The notes under the pieces are model-generated. The model did no database searches. It saw only the letters and a program-made list of their open reading frames with translations, and was not told where the DNA came from. From IMG/VR virus record IMGVR_UViG_3300042196_000315, positions 1 through 51,835 of that record: a stretch of 51,835 nucleotides of DNA; one strand, 5' to 3'. Shown here piece after piece: positions 35,697 to 46,285 of the stretch; positions within the stretch are counted from its first letter, which is position 1; the number at the start of each line of letters is the position of its first letter. This stretch comes from a virus. Its lineage: Duplodnaviria; Caudoviricetes. The position numbers were made by a program, and so were the translations under genes.

Positions 35697-37454
35697 ATGC
35701 TCAACATCACCCGACAAACGACTCTGAAAGAGGCAACTGACGGCGGCGTGACTGTCGCCGATGTCCTGGCCCTGGCCGCCCGTACCGGCCTGACCACCAT
35801 GAAAAACTTCGCCACCTCCCCGCCCTCGGCCGTCCACACACACGGCGCGGGCGGCCTTTTCCGGCCGGTGGCCGAGCAGCAGATGTTCTCTGCCCTGGTC
35901 GGCCTCCAGCGCGGCTTTGAATCCACCCTGCCCCTGCGTCCCAGCCGGTTCGTGGAGCCAACGGTGCGCATTATCACCGGCATGGAAGAGGTCAGCGCGA
36001 CGGGTATCAATCCCGGCGAGGACTGCGGCAACTGGCCCAGGGCCGGCAAACTCAAGACCTGCGTTATTGGCAACTGGCCCTATGGTCACTACGGCATGGC
36101 CTCAGACACCCTCAATATTGCCGAGGCCGGCCAGCTCTACGACCGGGCCGACTTCACCGACTACTCTATCCTGGGCAGTCCTTTCTCCGGGATGCCTGAG
36201 GAGCGCAACATCCCGGCCATGTTTGGTCTAAAGGATATTAGCGATGTGGCCAACAATGACGCGGTTAAGATCCTCTTTGAGCTGGCCCAAAGCCTGCAAC
36301 TCTTCTACGGCCGTGAAGCCCTCTATGGCAACCCGGCCGACAACGACCCGGCCATCAATGGTGTCCGTCACGCTCGCGGCCTCTACCTGCTGATTAACGA
36401 CAGCTACAGCGACCTGGTCAGCGGCGAGGACTGCGACCGGGTGGACTCCCTTGTCCTGGATTTCGAGACCATCACCAGCACCTCGCCGGCCACCATCGAG
36501 GCCAATGCGGTAGCCATCGTGCGCACCATCATCGAGACCCTGGCCCGCCTGGACCGCCGTTCCCGCCTGATGTTTGGGGTGCCCTGGGAAGGCTACATTC
36601 ACATGCACTACAACCTCTTCCGCCAACTGGTCTTCATCTGGGCGGCCATCTACTACACCTATCGCCTGGAAACCACCGGCGATGATTCCCGGCGCAACCT
36701 GGATGCCATGCGGCTGGTGGACATGATGACCGATATGCTCAATGGCGAGTACCTGCTGGGGGACGGCGGCCGTATCCCGGTGGTGTGCGATGTGGCCGTT
36801 GAGGAAACGATAGATGAGGGCACGCACACCAGCACCATTTCCTTTGTCAACAACCGCGTTCGCGGCACTGTCACGGCTTACCAGGATTTCTTCCCCTTCA
36901 ACCTGGACCAGACAGCCCAGGGGATGATCCGCCGCCTGGGGAATGGCGAACTGTTCCACCGCGTTGTGGACAACGGCCGTTTCCTGGTCCATTACCTGCC
37001 GCCGACCGGCTCTTGTTACGGCCTGGAAGTGGAGTGGAAAACACGGCCGCGCCTGAACTGCCCCTGGCTGTGCGCCCGGATTGACCTGGTCAGCTACGTG
37101 CCTGATCCCTTCGCCATTGACGAGACACCATTCCCCGGTGACGCCGGCTACCTAAACGGCGGCACAACCGGCCCGCTGCCCGGCGCGCCTGGCACTGAGG
37201 CTGCGGTGACGGCCTGTGCTGACGATGCCCCCGGCAGTGTGGTGTTGACGCTGGCGACGGTGCTTAACTGCACCCTGGGTGCCAATGTGCTGGTCATCAT
37301 TGGTAGTACACAAGTTCCGGCCGTTATCAGCGACGGCAACAACACGGCCGAAGTGACCCTGGACTTCACCACCGCCGCCACGCCGGTGCCGCTGCAAGCG
37401 GTAGAGTGTGCCGACCTGACCTTCGTCGGGGCGACGGTGCGCTGCAACTTCTAA
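35697..37454 (+). CDS. Major capsid protein with C-terminal extension
   Basis: AGGAG RBS, follows scaffold; PGEDCGNWPRAGKLKTC, ALYGNP, RLNCPWLCARID. Confidence 0.8.
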   Translation: MLNITRQTTLKEATDGGVTVADVLALAARTGLTTMKNFATSPPSAVHTHGAGGLFRPVAEQQMFSALVGLQRGFESTLPLRPSRFVEPTVRIITGMEEVSATGINPGEDCGNWPRAGKLKTCVIGNWPYGHYGMASDTLNIAEAGQLYDRADFTDYSILGSPFSGMPEERNIPAMFGLKDISDVANNDAVKILFELAQSLQLFYGREALYGNPADNDPAINGVRHARGLYLLINDSYSDLVSGEDCDRVDSLVLDFETITSTSPATIEANAVAIVRTIIETLARLDRRSRLMFGVPWEGYIHMHYNLFRQLVFIWAAIYYTYRLETTGDDSRRNLDAMRLVDMMTDMLNGEYLLGDGGRIPVVCDVAVEETIDEGTHTSTISFVNNRVRGTVTAYQDFFPFNLDQTAQGMIRRLGNGELFHRVVDNGRFLVHYLPPTGSCYGLEVEWKTRPRLNCPWLCARIDLVSYVPDPFAIDETPFPGDAGYLNGGTTGPLPGAPGTEAAVTACADDAPGSVVLTLATVLNCTLGANVLVIIGSTQVPAVISDGNNTAEVTLDFTTAATPVPLQAVECADLTFVGATVRCNF

Positions 37455-37541
37455 AAGAGAATTATGAATTAGGAAGGATGAAGTGCCAACCAGGTTGGCC
37501 TGAAGGAACTCCCCTTTCATAATTCCTAATTCATCCTTTTT
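37455..37541. repeat. Heptamer-repeat hairpin cassette 1
   Basis: (AATTATG/AATTAGG/AAGGATG)n ... (TTCATAA/TTCCTAA/TTCATCC)n. Confidence 0.85.
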
Positions 37542-37545
37542 CGCT

Positions 37546-37995
37546 ATGGGCTGCGATTGCACGCAAGGAGCAAGCAATATGAGTGAAGATGTTGATTATG
37601 TAGAGCTGGCCTACCAGGGCCAGAATAATGCCCTATTTCCCTACGGGGGCTATATGAACCGCCGTTACCAGGCCAAAAAGGGGAGCGTTATCCCTGTGCA
37701 TCCGGAGGACGTGCCCAAGCTGCTGAAGCTGACTGATAAGGGCGGCCGTCTGTTTGCTCGCCGGGAGGAGGTCGAGCCTTCTTCATCTGAAGACGATGGT
37801 GAGGAAACGGCCGGCGGCGGTGAGGACGGTGACAAAACGAACGGCGAGCCGCCAGTCGCTATTGACGCGACCGATGGTGCCCAGGAACTCGCGGCCGAAT
37901 TTGGCCTCGACCTCTCTTTGGTGACAGGCACGGGCAAAGACGGCCGGATTCTCAAAGCCGACGTGGAGAGTTACCTTAATGCCCAGAGTGATTAA
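37546..37995 (+). CDS. Virion-associated protein with E3-binding (PSBD) domain
   Basis: ATDGAQELAAEFGLDLSLVTGTGKDGRILKADV. Confidence 0.82.
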   Translation: MGCDCTQGASNMSEDVDYVELAYQGQNNALFPYGGYMNRRYQAKKGSVIPVHPEDVPKLLKLTDKGGRLFARREEVEPSSSEDDGEETAGGGEDGDKTNGEPPVAIDATDGAQELAAEFGLDLSLVTGTGKDGRILKADVESYLNAQSD

Positions 37996-38272
37996 GGTAG
38001 CACTGGCGGCGGCACGGCTGGCTTACCTGGTGACCAAAGAGGACGGGCCGTTTGGGGTGGCTGATGCGCTGCGCCAAACGGTAATTGCCCGCTTTGGCAC
38101 GGATAGCTGGCAAGCGGCCGGCATTACCTGCCCTGTCTGTGTCTCGTTTTGGCTGGCGGCCGTCGCCTGGCTGTTCCCCGACTGGCTGCTGACCTGGCTC
38201 TCTACGGCCGAAATAGCCCGGCAGTTGGTGAGCGGCGGGCGGGGGGGCCAACCCGGTTGGCGCGGACAATGA
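37979..38272 (+). CDS. DUF1360-like membrane protein
   Basis: RLAYLVTKEDGPF...ITCPVCVSFW. Confidence 0.75.
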   Translation: MPRVIKVALAAARLAYLVTKEDGPFGVADALRQTVIARFGTDSWQAAGITCPVCVSFWLAAVAWLFPDWLLTWLSTAEIARQLVSGGRGGQPGWRGQ

Positions 38273-39585
38273 GCGGACTACCCCTGGACACCTGGCGGCA
38301 GCTTGTAGGCTACCATCCCTTCCACTTCTGGCAGCAGTCCAGCCAGCACGTGCCCCTGCCCCCCGGCGGCTGCAACCAACTGGTATTTGAGTATCCTTAC
38401 CAGGCGGCCGGCCGTGTCAGCCGCCATGACATACGCCGGGCCATTGCCAGCGCAGAAGGGAAGCTGCTTGACTATCTACATTTCCGGGTAGGGGATTCTT
38501 ACGTCGAGAAGGAAGTGCTCTTTCCCCGACCCCACGACCGGCGCATGTCCTACGCCCGCCCGGCCGATAGCAGCGGGCGCTGGCTGGCAGTGGAGGCCGG
38601 CGAGGGTTTCCTGCGGGAGACCGGCCGGGAGGCCCTGACCCTCATAGACAGCCCGGCCGTGACCTACCAGGACAGCACCGGTGACAATATCAAAGACCAG
38701 TTTTCCCTGACGGCCGATGTCTCGGCATTAGGTATCACTGACCCGGAGCAAATTGCCGTCTTCTTTGTGGCGGCCGATCGCGCCGGTGCCCCACCTGGCC
38801 AGGCTTGGGAGATACGGCCGGTGCAGGTGAGCATCAGCGGCGGCATTGCCACCATTACCGGCCCCGCCTGGCTGCTGGTCAAGCCTATCACCTACCAGCG
38901 TCTTGATGATTACAGCCTCACACCTGGCTACGATGCGGACGACCCCCAACCGACCGGCCTGTTTGCGGCCAGCCTGGACGTTTACTGGCGGCGCACTGAC
39001 TCTGACGGCGCAAGCCAGGATACCGCTGCGGCCGTCCTGATTTGGGAATCCTATCCCCCCCCTTGGGCTAACTGGGGGCTGGATATGGCCTGCTGCTCCG
39101 CCCTGACCTACGACACCAACCGCCTCGACCCGGCCGGGCTGGCCTACGTGGTAGCCCGGGCACAGATTAGGGATAAGCGGCGAGGCACTATTTATGTGGG
39201 AGAGGCAACCTTGAGCCAGGCCGGCGAGTGGGTGGGTCGCAATTGGAGCGGCTGCCGGCAGCCGGATAGGGTAATTGTCCGCTACCGGGCCGGGGCAACT
39301 GTCGCCGAGACAGAGAGCGGGCTGAAGTACGGGAGCGACTGGACAAATACCCTCTTTGCCTTCGCCTGTGCCGAGCTTGAGGGCTGTTTCTGCGAGGAGA
39401 ACCGGAGCAACCAGGTGCTAACCCACTGGCAGCAGGATTTAGCCAAAATCCCCAATGCCAGCGACCGCGAGTTTTACCGCATGTCTGACGAAAACTTAAA
39501 CAATCCCTTCGGCACGCGCCGGGGGCACATTTACGCCTGGAAACAGGTCAAACATATGAGGCTGGGCCAGGGCGTGCTGGCCTAA
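38269..39585 (+). CDS. Putative head-tail adaptor/connector protein
   Basis: Position; IRRAIASAEGKL...VIVRYRAG; NPFGTRRG C-terminus. Confidence 0.6.
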   Translation: MSGLPLDTWRQLVGYHPFHFWQQSSQHVPLPPGGCNQLVFEYPYQAAGRVSRHDIRRAIASAEGKLLDYLHFRVGDSYVEKEVLFPRPHDRRMSYARPADSSGRWLAVEAGEGFLRETGREALTLIDSPAVTYQDSTGDNIKDQFSLTADVSALGITDPEQIAVFFVAADRAGAPPGQAWEIRPVQVSISGGIATITGPAWLLVKPITYQRLDDYSLTPGYDADDPQPTGLFAASLDVYWRRTDSDGASQDTAAAVLIWESYPPPWANWGLDMACCSALTYDTNRLDPAGLAYVVARAQIRDKRRGTIYVGEATLSQAGEWVGRNWSGCRQPDRVIVRYRAGATVAETESGLKYGSDWTNTLFAFACAELEGCFCEENRSNQVLTHWQQDLAKIPNASDREFYRMSDENLNNPFGTRRGHIYAWKQVKHMRLGQGVLA

Positions 39586-39662
39586 AAAGAAAATTATGAA
39601 TTATGAAGGATGAATTATGAAGGAACTCCGCTTCATAATTCCTAATTCTTAATTCCTAATTG
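39586..39662. repeat. Heptamer-repeat hairpin cassette 2
   Basis: Same architecture as 37455-37541. Confidence 0.85.
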
Positions 39663-39678
39663 GACTAAGGAGACAATT

Positions 39679-41229
39679 ATGCCAACATCAGTCGGCGAAC
39701 AAGTTCACAATGAAGGCCAGTTCCGGCACTTCTTTATACCAGGCGAAGCAACCCCATCGGCCGAGTTCCTCTATGCCGGGGTGCAGGCGGATTATATGTA
39801 CATCCCGTCTGTGACCATTCCCTCGGCAAAGGGAGACATCAGCCCCATCAATATCCAGTCACCTTTTGCCACCAATACCTGGCTGCCAATCGGCGAGGAA
39901 AGCAGTGCCCCGGACTTCCCCTCCTTCACGGCCACCTTCATGCCCCGCAAGGGGGGTGTGCCCAGGGAACTCTACGGGATCCTCTCCCAGTGTGATCCGG
40001 TTTTTTTTCAATCGGTAACCGAGTGCAGCGACCCCTCCCTATTCCTGGAGACGCCGGCCGATTATGTGGTCGTTCTGGCCGCCAGCCATCACGTGACCAC
40101 CACCCAGGGGGGAGGCGGCGGCCAATCCTCGGCGGCCGTCAACCACCAACTGCAATTCAAGCCGCGCCGGGTGTACCTGCTGGGTGAGATTTCCTTTGCC
40201 CAGCCCTTTGGGGCCATTCCCCGCGAGGTGGTGGCCGTTGCTTACGGTAACACCGTAGACTGCGGCGACTGCGGCCTCCTGAGTGATGGCAGCGTGGCCA
40301 AGTACGCGGTGGTCATCAATGTCACCGACACCACCCCGCCCGACGTGCGCTACAAAATCGGGAATAATGCCCCGGTGATGGCGGCCATCACCGGGGCCGA
40401 CAACAACGATGTGCCCACCGGCATTGCAGTGATTGGGAAGTATTTGGTCGTATCTTATAAGAACGCCAGCCCGGAAGTGGGCTACTACTACGCCGAGATT
40501 GACCAGTTTACGGGCATCCCTGGGGCCTTCACCAAAGTGACGGCCGGCTTTGATACGGCCGCCGGCCCCAATGACATCTATGTCTTCAATGCCCGTGAGG
40601 TTTTCTTTGCCGGAGACGGGGGATTTATCTACAAATCCACCAACATCCCGGCCGGAGTGGAGGCCATCGAGAGCGGGGGCACCACCGCTGAGAACCTGAC
40701 GCGCATTAAGGGACTGAATAAGGTTATCCTAGCCGTTGGAGCCACTGATGCCTTGCTTGTCTCCACCAATCGCGGCCGCTCCTTTGCCGCCGCTGCGACC
40801 GCGCCGGGCATTGCCAACGGGACGGCCGTTGAGGCCCAAACCGAGAATGTGTGGTGGGTTGGCGACAGCGCCGGCCTGGTGCGCTACTCGGAGAACGCCG
40901 GCCGCTCCTGGGCTACAAAGCTGCTGGATCTAACGGTGGCCACCATCGCCGATATTACCTTCATTAACCGCGAGGTGGGCTTTATTGCCGGAGCAACGGC
41001 CACCCCTGTGGGCCACATCTTCACCACCCCCAACGGCGGGATTACCTGGGCCAACGACACCTCCAACTCCTGGCGGCTGAAGAACTGGCTGGCCATTGAC
41101 CGGATAAACCGGATTGTCTATCCCCGTGTAGCCAACGAGAGCGTGGCCGTCAACAACATCCTGGCCGGCGGCCTGGCTGATGACGGCACGGCCGGTGTTA
41201 TCCTGGGCGGCATTACCAATTTAGTTTAA
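39679..41229 (+). CDS. Major tail tube protein with C-terminal BNR/YCF48-like beta-propeller
   Basis: Upstream of chaperone and TMP; Asp-box-like STNRGRSF, SENAGRSW, TPNGGITW. Confidence 0.7.
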   Translation: MPTSVGEQVHNEGQFRHFFIPGEATPSAEFLYAGVQADYMYIPSVTIPSAKGDISPINIQSPFATNTWLPIGEESSAPDFPSFTATFMPRKGGVPRELYGILSQCDPVFFQSVTECSDPSLFLETPADYVVVLAASHHVTTTQGGGGGQSSAAVNHQLQFKPRRVYLLGEISFAQPFGAIPREVVAVAYGNTVDCGDCGLLSDGSVAKYAVVINVTDTTPPDVRYKIGNNAPVMAAITGADNNDVPTGIAVIGKYLVVSYKNASPEVGYYYAEIDQFTGIPGAFTKVTAGFDTAAGPNDIYVFNAREVFFAGDGGFIYKSTNIPAGVEAIESGGTTAENLTRIKGLNKVILAVGATDALLVSTNRGRSFAAAATAPGIANGTAVEAQTENVWWVGDSAGLVRYSENAGRSWATKLLDLTVATIADITFINREVGFIAGATATPVGHIFTTPNGGITWANDTSNSWRLKNWLAIDRINRIVYPRVANESVAVNNILAGGLADDGTAGVILGGITNLV

Positions 41230-41326
41230 GGATGAATTATGAAGGATGAATTATGAAGGGGGAGGGCCAACTCCTGTTGGGCGGTCTCTTCATTCATAAT
41301 TCATAATTCCTAATTCCTAATTTGAT
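41228..41326. repeat. Heptamer-repeat hairpin cassette 3
   Basis: Same architecture; CCAACTCCTGTTGG in the loop. Confidence 0.85.
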
Positions 41327-41329
41327 TCC

Positions 41330-41878
41330 ATGACTACCAAAATTCACATTTACCCCGTCGAAGAGACGGGCGAGAAGATCCGCCACCGCTTCTATGATGC
41401 CATGCACATGCGCCGGCAGATGATCCGCAAGATGGCCGAGGGTGGGGATCCCGAGCCACAGCCGCCGGTGATAGAGGTGATCATCGGCAAGAAGGGGAAG
41501 GGCACTGAGCCGGACCGGTACGACCCCAACTACCTGCGTACTCTAAATGCCTGGTATGAGCGGCTGGGCGACAAGCTGGTTGAATTTGTCCTGATTGACA
41601 CGGCCCGGCTGCAAGAGATGGATGAGGCAAGGCAGAAACAGGTTGAGGAGTTCAAGGAAACTTATGCCGACTATTTCGTCTTTGACAAGGATGACCGGGT
41701 CAACTGGCTGATTCACTTTGGCCTGGGCAGCCAGTCGGACAAGATTCTCTCCTATTTTATGGGTAAGGCACGGCCGGAGGAGGGGCGGATCCTGGCCGAG
41801 ATGGACAACTTTCCAGGTGAAATTTCGAGCAACGGCCATTCAGAAGTGGCCGCTGAAGCCATCGGGGATAACGATTGA
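41330..41878 (+). CDS. Tail assembly chaperone (gpG-like)
   Basis: Lies between tail tube and tape measure genes. Confidence 0.7.
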   Translation: MTTKIHIYPVEETGEKIRHRFYDAMHMRRQMIRKMAEGGDPEPQPPVIEVIIGKKGKGTEPDRYDPNYLRTLNAWYERLGDKLVEFVLIDTARLQEMDEARQKQVEEFKETYADYFVFDKDDRVNWLIHFGLGSQSDKILSYFMGKARPEEGRILAEMDNFPGEISSNGHSEVAAEAIGDND

Positions 41879-42032
41879 GAACCCGGAGCATGAGTGGGTT
41901 GATGCAGCCCATTATGACCACAGCAGCTATGAAGATTTCAGGGAGCGGCCGGTAGAGTACCAGGAGATGATTCTAGCGCATATGCGCCTGGATAGATTGA
42001 AATCGGCCGTTTCATTGGAGTATAGGGATTAA
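41811..42032 (+). CDS. Frameshift extension of tail chaperone (gpT-like, +1 frame)
   Basis: Overlapping +1 ORF without clear RBS, ending just before TMP; candidate shift site TTT-C at 41810-41813. Confidence 0.6.
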   Translation, partial: FQVKFRATAIQKWPLKPSGITIENPEHEWVDAAHYDHSSYEDFRERPVEYQEMILAHMRLDRLKSAVSLEYRD

Positions 42033-42058
42033 GGCTGCACCTTAATCCCTTTTAGATT

Positions 42059-45000
42059 ATGTCACTACCCCTTACAGGCTCGCGGCTCATTGCCCAGGAC
42101 GCTGACCGTTACATCCGGGAGATGGCCCAGGCCGGCCGTGTCACAGTCCAGTTCGGCGATGACAGCGGCCGGGCCGGTGTCAAGACGATTGCCCTGGGCA
42201 ATGCCATCAGCGACATAGCCACCGGTGCCCTGCGCACGGTGGGTAATCTGCTGCACGACGCGGGCCGGGCGGCGGCAGAGTTTGTGGGGGACAGTATCGG
42301 CGGGGCGCGGGACCTGCAGGCGCAAATGTCGGGGGTGACGGCCGTTTTGGGGGGGACCAATAAGGAGCTTGAGCAGCTAAACGACCTGGTCATTGATTTG
42401 GGCATTGACCCGACGCTGAAGGTGAGCAGCCTGGAAGCGGCCGAGGCTATCGAAGTGCTGGCCAAGAACGGCCTGGATATGCAGACGATTATGGACGGGG
42501 CAGCCAGGGCCACCGTCTTCCTCTCCAATGCCACCGGTGGTAACTTTGCCCGCAGCGCTGACATCATGACCGATGCGGCCGCTATCTTTAATTTCAAGGG
42601 CAATGAGATGATCTCCGTGGTGGACGGCATTACGGCCGTGACCAACAACAGCAAGTTTGCCATTGACGATTACGCCCTCTTCCTGGCCAACGCCGGCAAA
42701 ACGGCCGATAACGCCGAGATTTCTTTTGATGACTTCAACACCACCGCCGCCCTGCTGGCACCCAGTTTTTCTTCCGGCATGACGGCCGGAACGGGCTTTG
42801 CCAACTTTATCCTGCGCCTGATTCCCAACACCGAGAAGGCCAAGGGCGTGATGGCCGACCTTAACCTGATTGCCGAAGATGGTTCCAACGCCTTCTTTGA
42901 TGCCCAGGGCAACATGCGCTCAATGGCTGACGTGGCCCAGATTTTGCAGGATTCCATCAGCGGCCTCACGGCCGAGCAGCGGCAGCAGGCCCTCATCACC
43001 ATTTTCGGCCGGGATGCGCTGGACGCGGCCCTGGCTATCGCCGAGCAAGGGGCGGTCGGCTTCCGAGATTTGGGGGCGGCTATGGCCGAGGTGGACGCCG
43101 AGCAGTCGGCCGCCACCCGTGTGGATAACCTGGCCGGGGCCATGGATATTTTGGCCGGGGTGATTGAGGCCGTGAAGCTGCGGATTGGTGGTGATTATTT
43201 GCCGGCCTTAGCCGACCTGGCACGAGTCACCACTTCTTTTATAGAGGGCAATGCCGACCGCTTCATTGATTTCTTTGCCCAGGGTGCCGATTTCATCGAA
43301 ACCTTCGCCGGCCACCTGGAACGGGGCAAGACCCCGGTAGAGGCATTCCGGGCCACATTGGCCACGATGGTCAGCCCGGAGACGCTGGAACTGTTTGACC
43401 AGGCAGTGGCAACGGGTACGGACCTGGTGGTTACGGCCGTAGATTTGGGCAAGTGGGCGGTAACGCACGGGCCGGAAATCATCAGGACCCTGGAATTTAT
43501 CGGCAAGGCCCTGCTAACCTTCAAAGTTATCACCACCGTCAACAGTGGGGTTACCGGCTTCCTGGCCACAATGGGCCGGGCCTCTACCGTCTTTACGGCC
43601 GCCGGGGGTGGCCTGTCGGGGGTGACGGCCGCTTTGGGTGGGCCGCTGGTAGTGGCGGCCGGCTTGGCGGCAGTGGCCATCGTGGGCGTGGCGATGGCCT
43701 GGGGAAAATTCAATGAGGCCCGCCAGGAGGGGCAGGATCAGGTAAGGGAGGGCATTGCCGAACTGGAAGCGACGGCCGAGGCGACGGGAAACTACGAAGA
43801 CCAGGCGCGGCGGCTGGCTGAGGCTCTGGAGCTATCGACGACCGGCCTGGGCCGTCTAACGGGGACGTTCGGGGATATACGGGACTCTATCTTAGATTTA
43901 ATCATCAAGACGGGCGATTTTAGCGGGTCCAATCATTTGCTAGAAGACAGCTTGCAGGAGGTGTTTGGCGCGGGCCTGAAGGTCCAAAACGGGGTCATTC
44001 AACTGGACAACCATATTATCGGTTACATCGACACGGTAAGGGAGGCAGCGGCAGCGGCCCAAGAAGAAGCCGCCGCCCACAACCGTCAGGTCGAGGCTTA
44101 CGCGGTCGGCAATGAGATTTTGCGCGAGAGCGTGCTGGCCCGCCAGGCGGAGATTGAGGCCCAGAGGGAGCAGGCAGCGGCCGCGGCAGCCACTCATGAA
44201 TTTAGATTGGCCGAGATTGCCGCGGCCGAGGACAGTGCCGCCGCTTACGGCCGGCAGCGGGAAGCCATACAGGAGATTGTCGAGTTATCCGAATTTGAAA
44301 TAGAGCGGCGCAAGGCGGTGGCCGAGGCGACCCAGGACGCGGCCCATGATCAGGCGGCCAGTATACATAATATCATCACGGCCACAATGGATTTGTCCGT
44401 AGCCCAAAAGGCGCTGGCTGAGGAGCCATGGAACCAGGCGATGATTGCCCAGGCGCAGGAAGCCGAAGGTGCAATGGCCGCCGAATTTGAGGCTATCAAG
44501 CAGTCTCACCGGCTGATGGTGCAGGAGATATTCATCCAAAACGCCCAACTCGGCGGCGGCTTCAATGAGAGTGCGGCTAATGTAGCGGTAGCTCTGGGGC
44601 TGATGACCCAGGCTGAGGCAGATTTGCGCCTGGAAAATGAGCGGCTGAACACGGAGATTTCCAGGGTGGGCGATAGCCTACTTCAAACGTTCCTACAAGA
44701 TGGCGTTGTTTCGCGGGAAGAGGCGGTGCTGCTAGAGCAAGCCATCCAGGGAATCGAGTCCGGGGCCTTTACGGCCGACGAGGCCCTGCGTGCCCTATCT
44801 TCCGGCGGCCTGGCCTCATTTGTCGAGAGCGGCGGCAAGGTCAAGGAATCCACCAAGACGGCGGCCGATGGCTTTAAGGAAATACCGGAAAAGGCAACCG
44901 ATGCCATCAACGAGGTGCTCAATGTTTTCGGCCGTCCCGATTGGCGCGATGCTGGCTATGACATTCCCGACGATGTGGCCATCGGGATCGCTGTGGGCAG

Positions 45001-46162
45001 CAAGCTGCCGGCTAACGAGGCGGCTACAGTTGTGGGCGGGGTGGTGGATGAATTCGACGCTGAGGATTGGGGCGGTGTTGGTTACAACATCTCCTCCGGT
45101 ATCGCCGGGGGCATCACGGCCGGGTCCGGGGCCATTTCTGACGCGGCAACGGCGGCCGTAGCTGCGGCCGTAGCTGCGGCCCAGGACGCGGCCGGGATAG
45201 CCTCGCCGTCGGCGGTGGCCGCCACGAGCATTGGGCTACCCTGGTCGCAGGGCATCGCCGCCGGCATTGTGGCTGGCGTTCCCTTTGTGACAACGGCCGT
45301 CTCTGACCTGATTGGCGCTCTGCAAGAGACGACCGAGACAGAGATGGGTGACTGGCCCGCCTCGCTCTTTGATTTTGGCAGCGAGCTGGCCGGCTTCGGC
45401 AGCGACCTGGTACGCCGCTTCCAGGCTGAGACATTGCGGCCGCTGCAAGATAACGCTGATGCCATCGCCGACAGAATCCGCCTGGCCCAACAGCGGATTG
45501 CTGAGGGCCTGGGGGCAACCTCCTTTGAGGCGGCCGGCCTGGATTTGGGCGAACTAATTCAGTTGGGCCGGAACGCACCCGATGCCCAGACCGCTCGTGA
45601 GGCCCGGCTGCTGCTGGACCTCTACCGCGAGCAAAGCGCGGCCAGCCGGGAAATCCGGGAGGAACAAGAGCGTATTGCTGCCATCCAGAAGCAACAGGCG
45701 GACTTCCAATTCCTCCAGCAACAGTTTGAATTCCTGGCCTTCCTGCGGGAGAACGGGCTAGACGCGGCCGATATTCTGGGCGGCCTGACACTGGGGCTGG
45801 ATGCCAATCTGCCCGATTTACTCGCCGCCATGAGCAGCGCCATGCAGCAGGTGGTAGAGCAGGCCGAGGAGGAGTTGGGCATCGCCAGCGCCTCAAGGCG
45901 ATTTATGGAAATTGGGCACCAGATTAAGGAGGGCCTGGTGCTGGAGCTTAATGACAGGGACAGGCGGGTACAGACGGCCGTTGCCGCCCTCCTCTCTCCG
46001 CCGCAGGCCAACATCTCCCTACCCCAGACCCCGCAGCAGTACTTCTCTACCACTACCAATAACCAGGTAGACCGCTCCAACAGCGTCCAGATCGTCAACA
46101 ACGGCGTGCGTGATGTGAGCACGGCGGCGCAGTTGGATTATGTCCTGGCGAGCTACAACTGA
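42059..46162 (+). CDS. Tape measure protein (TP901 family)
   Basis: 1367 aa, Ala-rich helical; EAAEAIEVLAKNG, AFFDAQGNMRSM, GIASPS. Confidence 0.93.
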   Translation: MSLPLTGSRLIAQDADRYIREMAQAGRVTVQFGDDSGRAGVKTIALGNAISDIATGALRTVGNLLHDAGRAAAEFVGDSIGGARDLQAQMSGVTAVLGGTNKELEQLNDLVIDLGIDPTLKVSSLEAAEAIEVLAKNGLDMQTIMDGAARATVFLSNATGGNFARSADIMTDAAAIFNFKGNEMISVVDGITAVTNNSKFAIDDYALFLANAGKTADNAEISFDDFNTTAALLAPSFSSGMTAGTGFANFILRLIPNTEKAKGVMADLNLIAEDGSNAFFDAQGNMRSMADVAQILQDSISGLTAEQRQQALITIFGRDALDAALAIAEQGAVGFRDLGAAMAEVDAEQSAATRVDNLAGAMDILAGVIEAVKLRIGGDYLPALADLARVTTSFIEGNADRFIDFFAQGADFIETFAGHLERGKTPVEAFRATLATMVSPETLELFDQAVATGTDLVVTAVDLGKWAVTHGPEIIRTLEFIGKALLTFKVITTVNSGVTGFLATMGRASTVFTAAGGGLSGVTAALGGPLVVAAGLAAVAIVGVAMAWGKFNEARQEGQDQVREGIAELEATAEATGNYEDQARRLAEALELSTTGLGRLTGTFGDIRDSILDLIIKTGDFSGSNHLLEDSLQEVFGAGLKVQNGVIQLDNHIIGYIDTVREAAAAAQEEAAAHNRQVEAYAVGNEILRESVLARQAEIEAQREQAAAAAATHEFRLAEIAAAEDSAAAYGRQREAIQEIVELSEFEIERRKAVAEATQDAAHDQAASIHNIITATMDLSVAQKALAEEPWNQAMIAQAQEAEGAMAAEFEAIKQSHRLMVQEIFIQNAQLGGGFNESAANVAVALGLMTQAEADLRLENERLNTEISRVGDSLLQTFLQDGVVSREEAVLLEQAIQGIESGAFTADEALRALSSGGLASFVESGGKVKESTKTAADGFKEIPEKATDAINEVLNVFGRPDWRDAGYDIPDDVAIGIAVGSKLPANEAATVVGGVVDEFDAEDWGGVGYNISSGIAGGITAGSGAISDAATAAVAAAVAAAQDAAGIASPSAVAATSIGLPWSQGIAAGIVAGVPFVTTAVSDLIGALQETTETEMGDWPASLFDFGSELAGFGSDLVRRFQAETLRPLQDNADAIADRIRLAQQRIAEGLGATSFEAAGLDLGELIQLGRNAPDAQTAREARLLLDLYREQSAASREIREEQERIAAIQKQQADFQFLQQQFEFLAFLRENGLDAADILGGLTLGLDANLPDLLAAMSSAMQQVVEQAEEELGIASASRRFMEIGHQIKEGLVLELNDRDRRVQTAVAALLSPPQANISLPQTPQQYFSTTTNNQVDRSNSVQIVNNGVRDVSTAAQLDYVLASYN

Positions 46163-46280
46163 GGAGAATTATGAAGGATGAATTATGAATTATGAAGCAA
46201 GAGGCCGCCCAACGGGACTTCCCCCTCCCCCTTCATAATTCCTAATTCAGGCCAACCGGGTTGGCACTTCCTAATTTGAT
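46163..46280. repeat. Heptamer-repeat hairpin cassette 4
   Basis: Same architecture; 18-bp palindrome inserted in right arm. Confidence 0.85.
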
Positions 46281-46285
46281 TAAAA

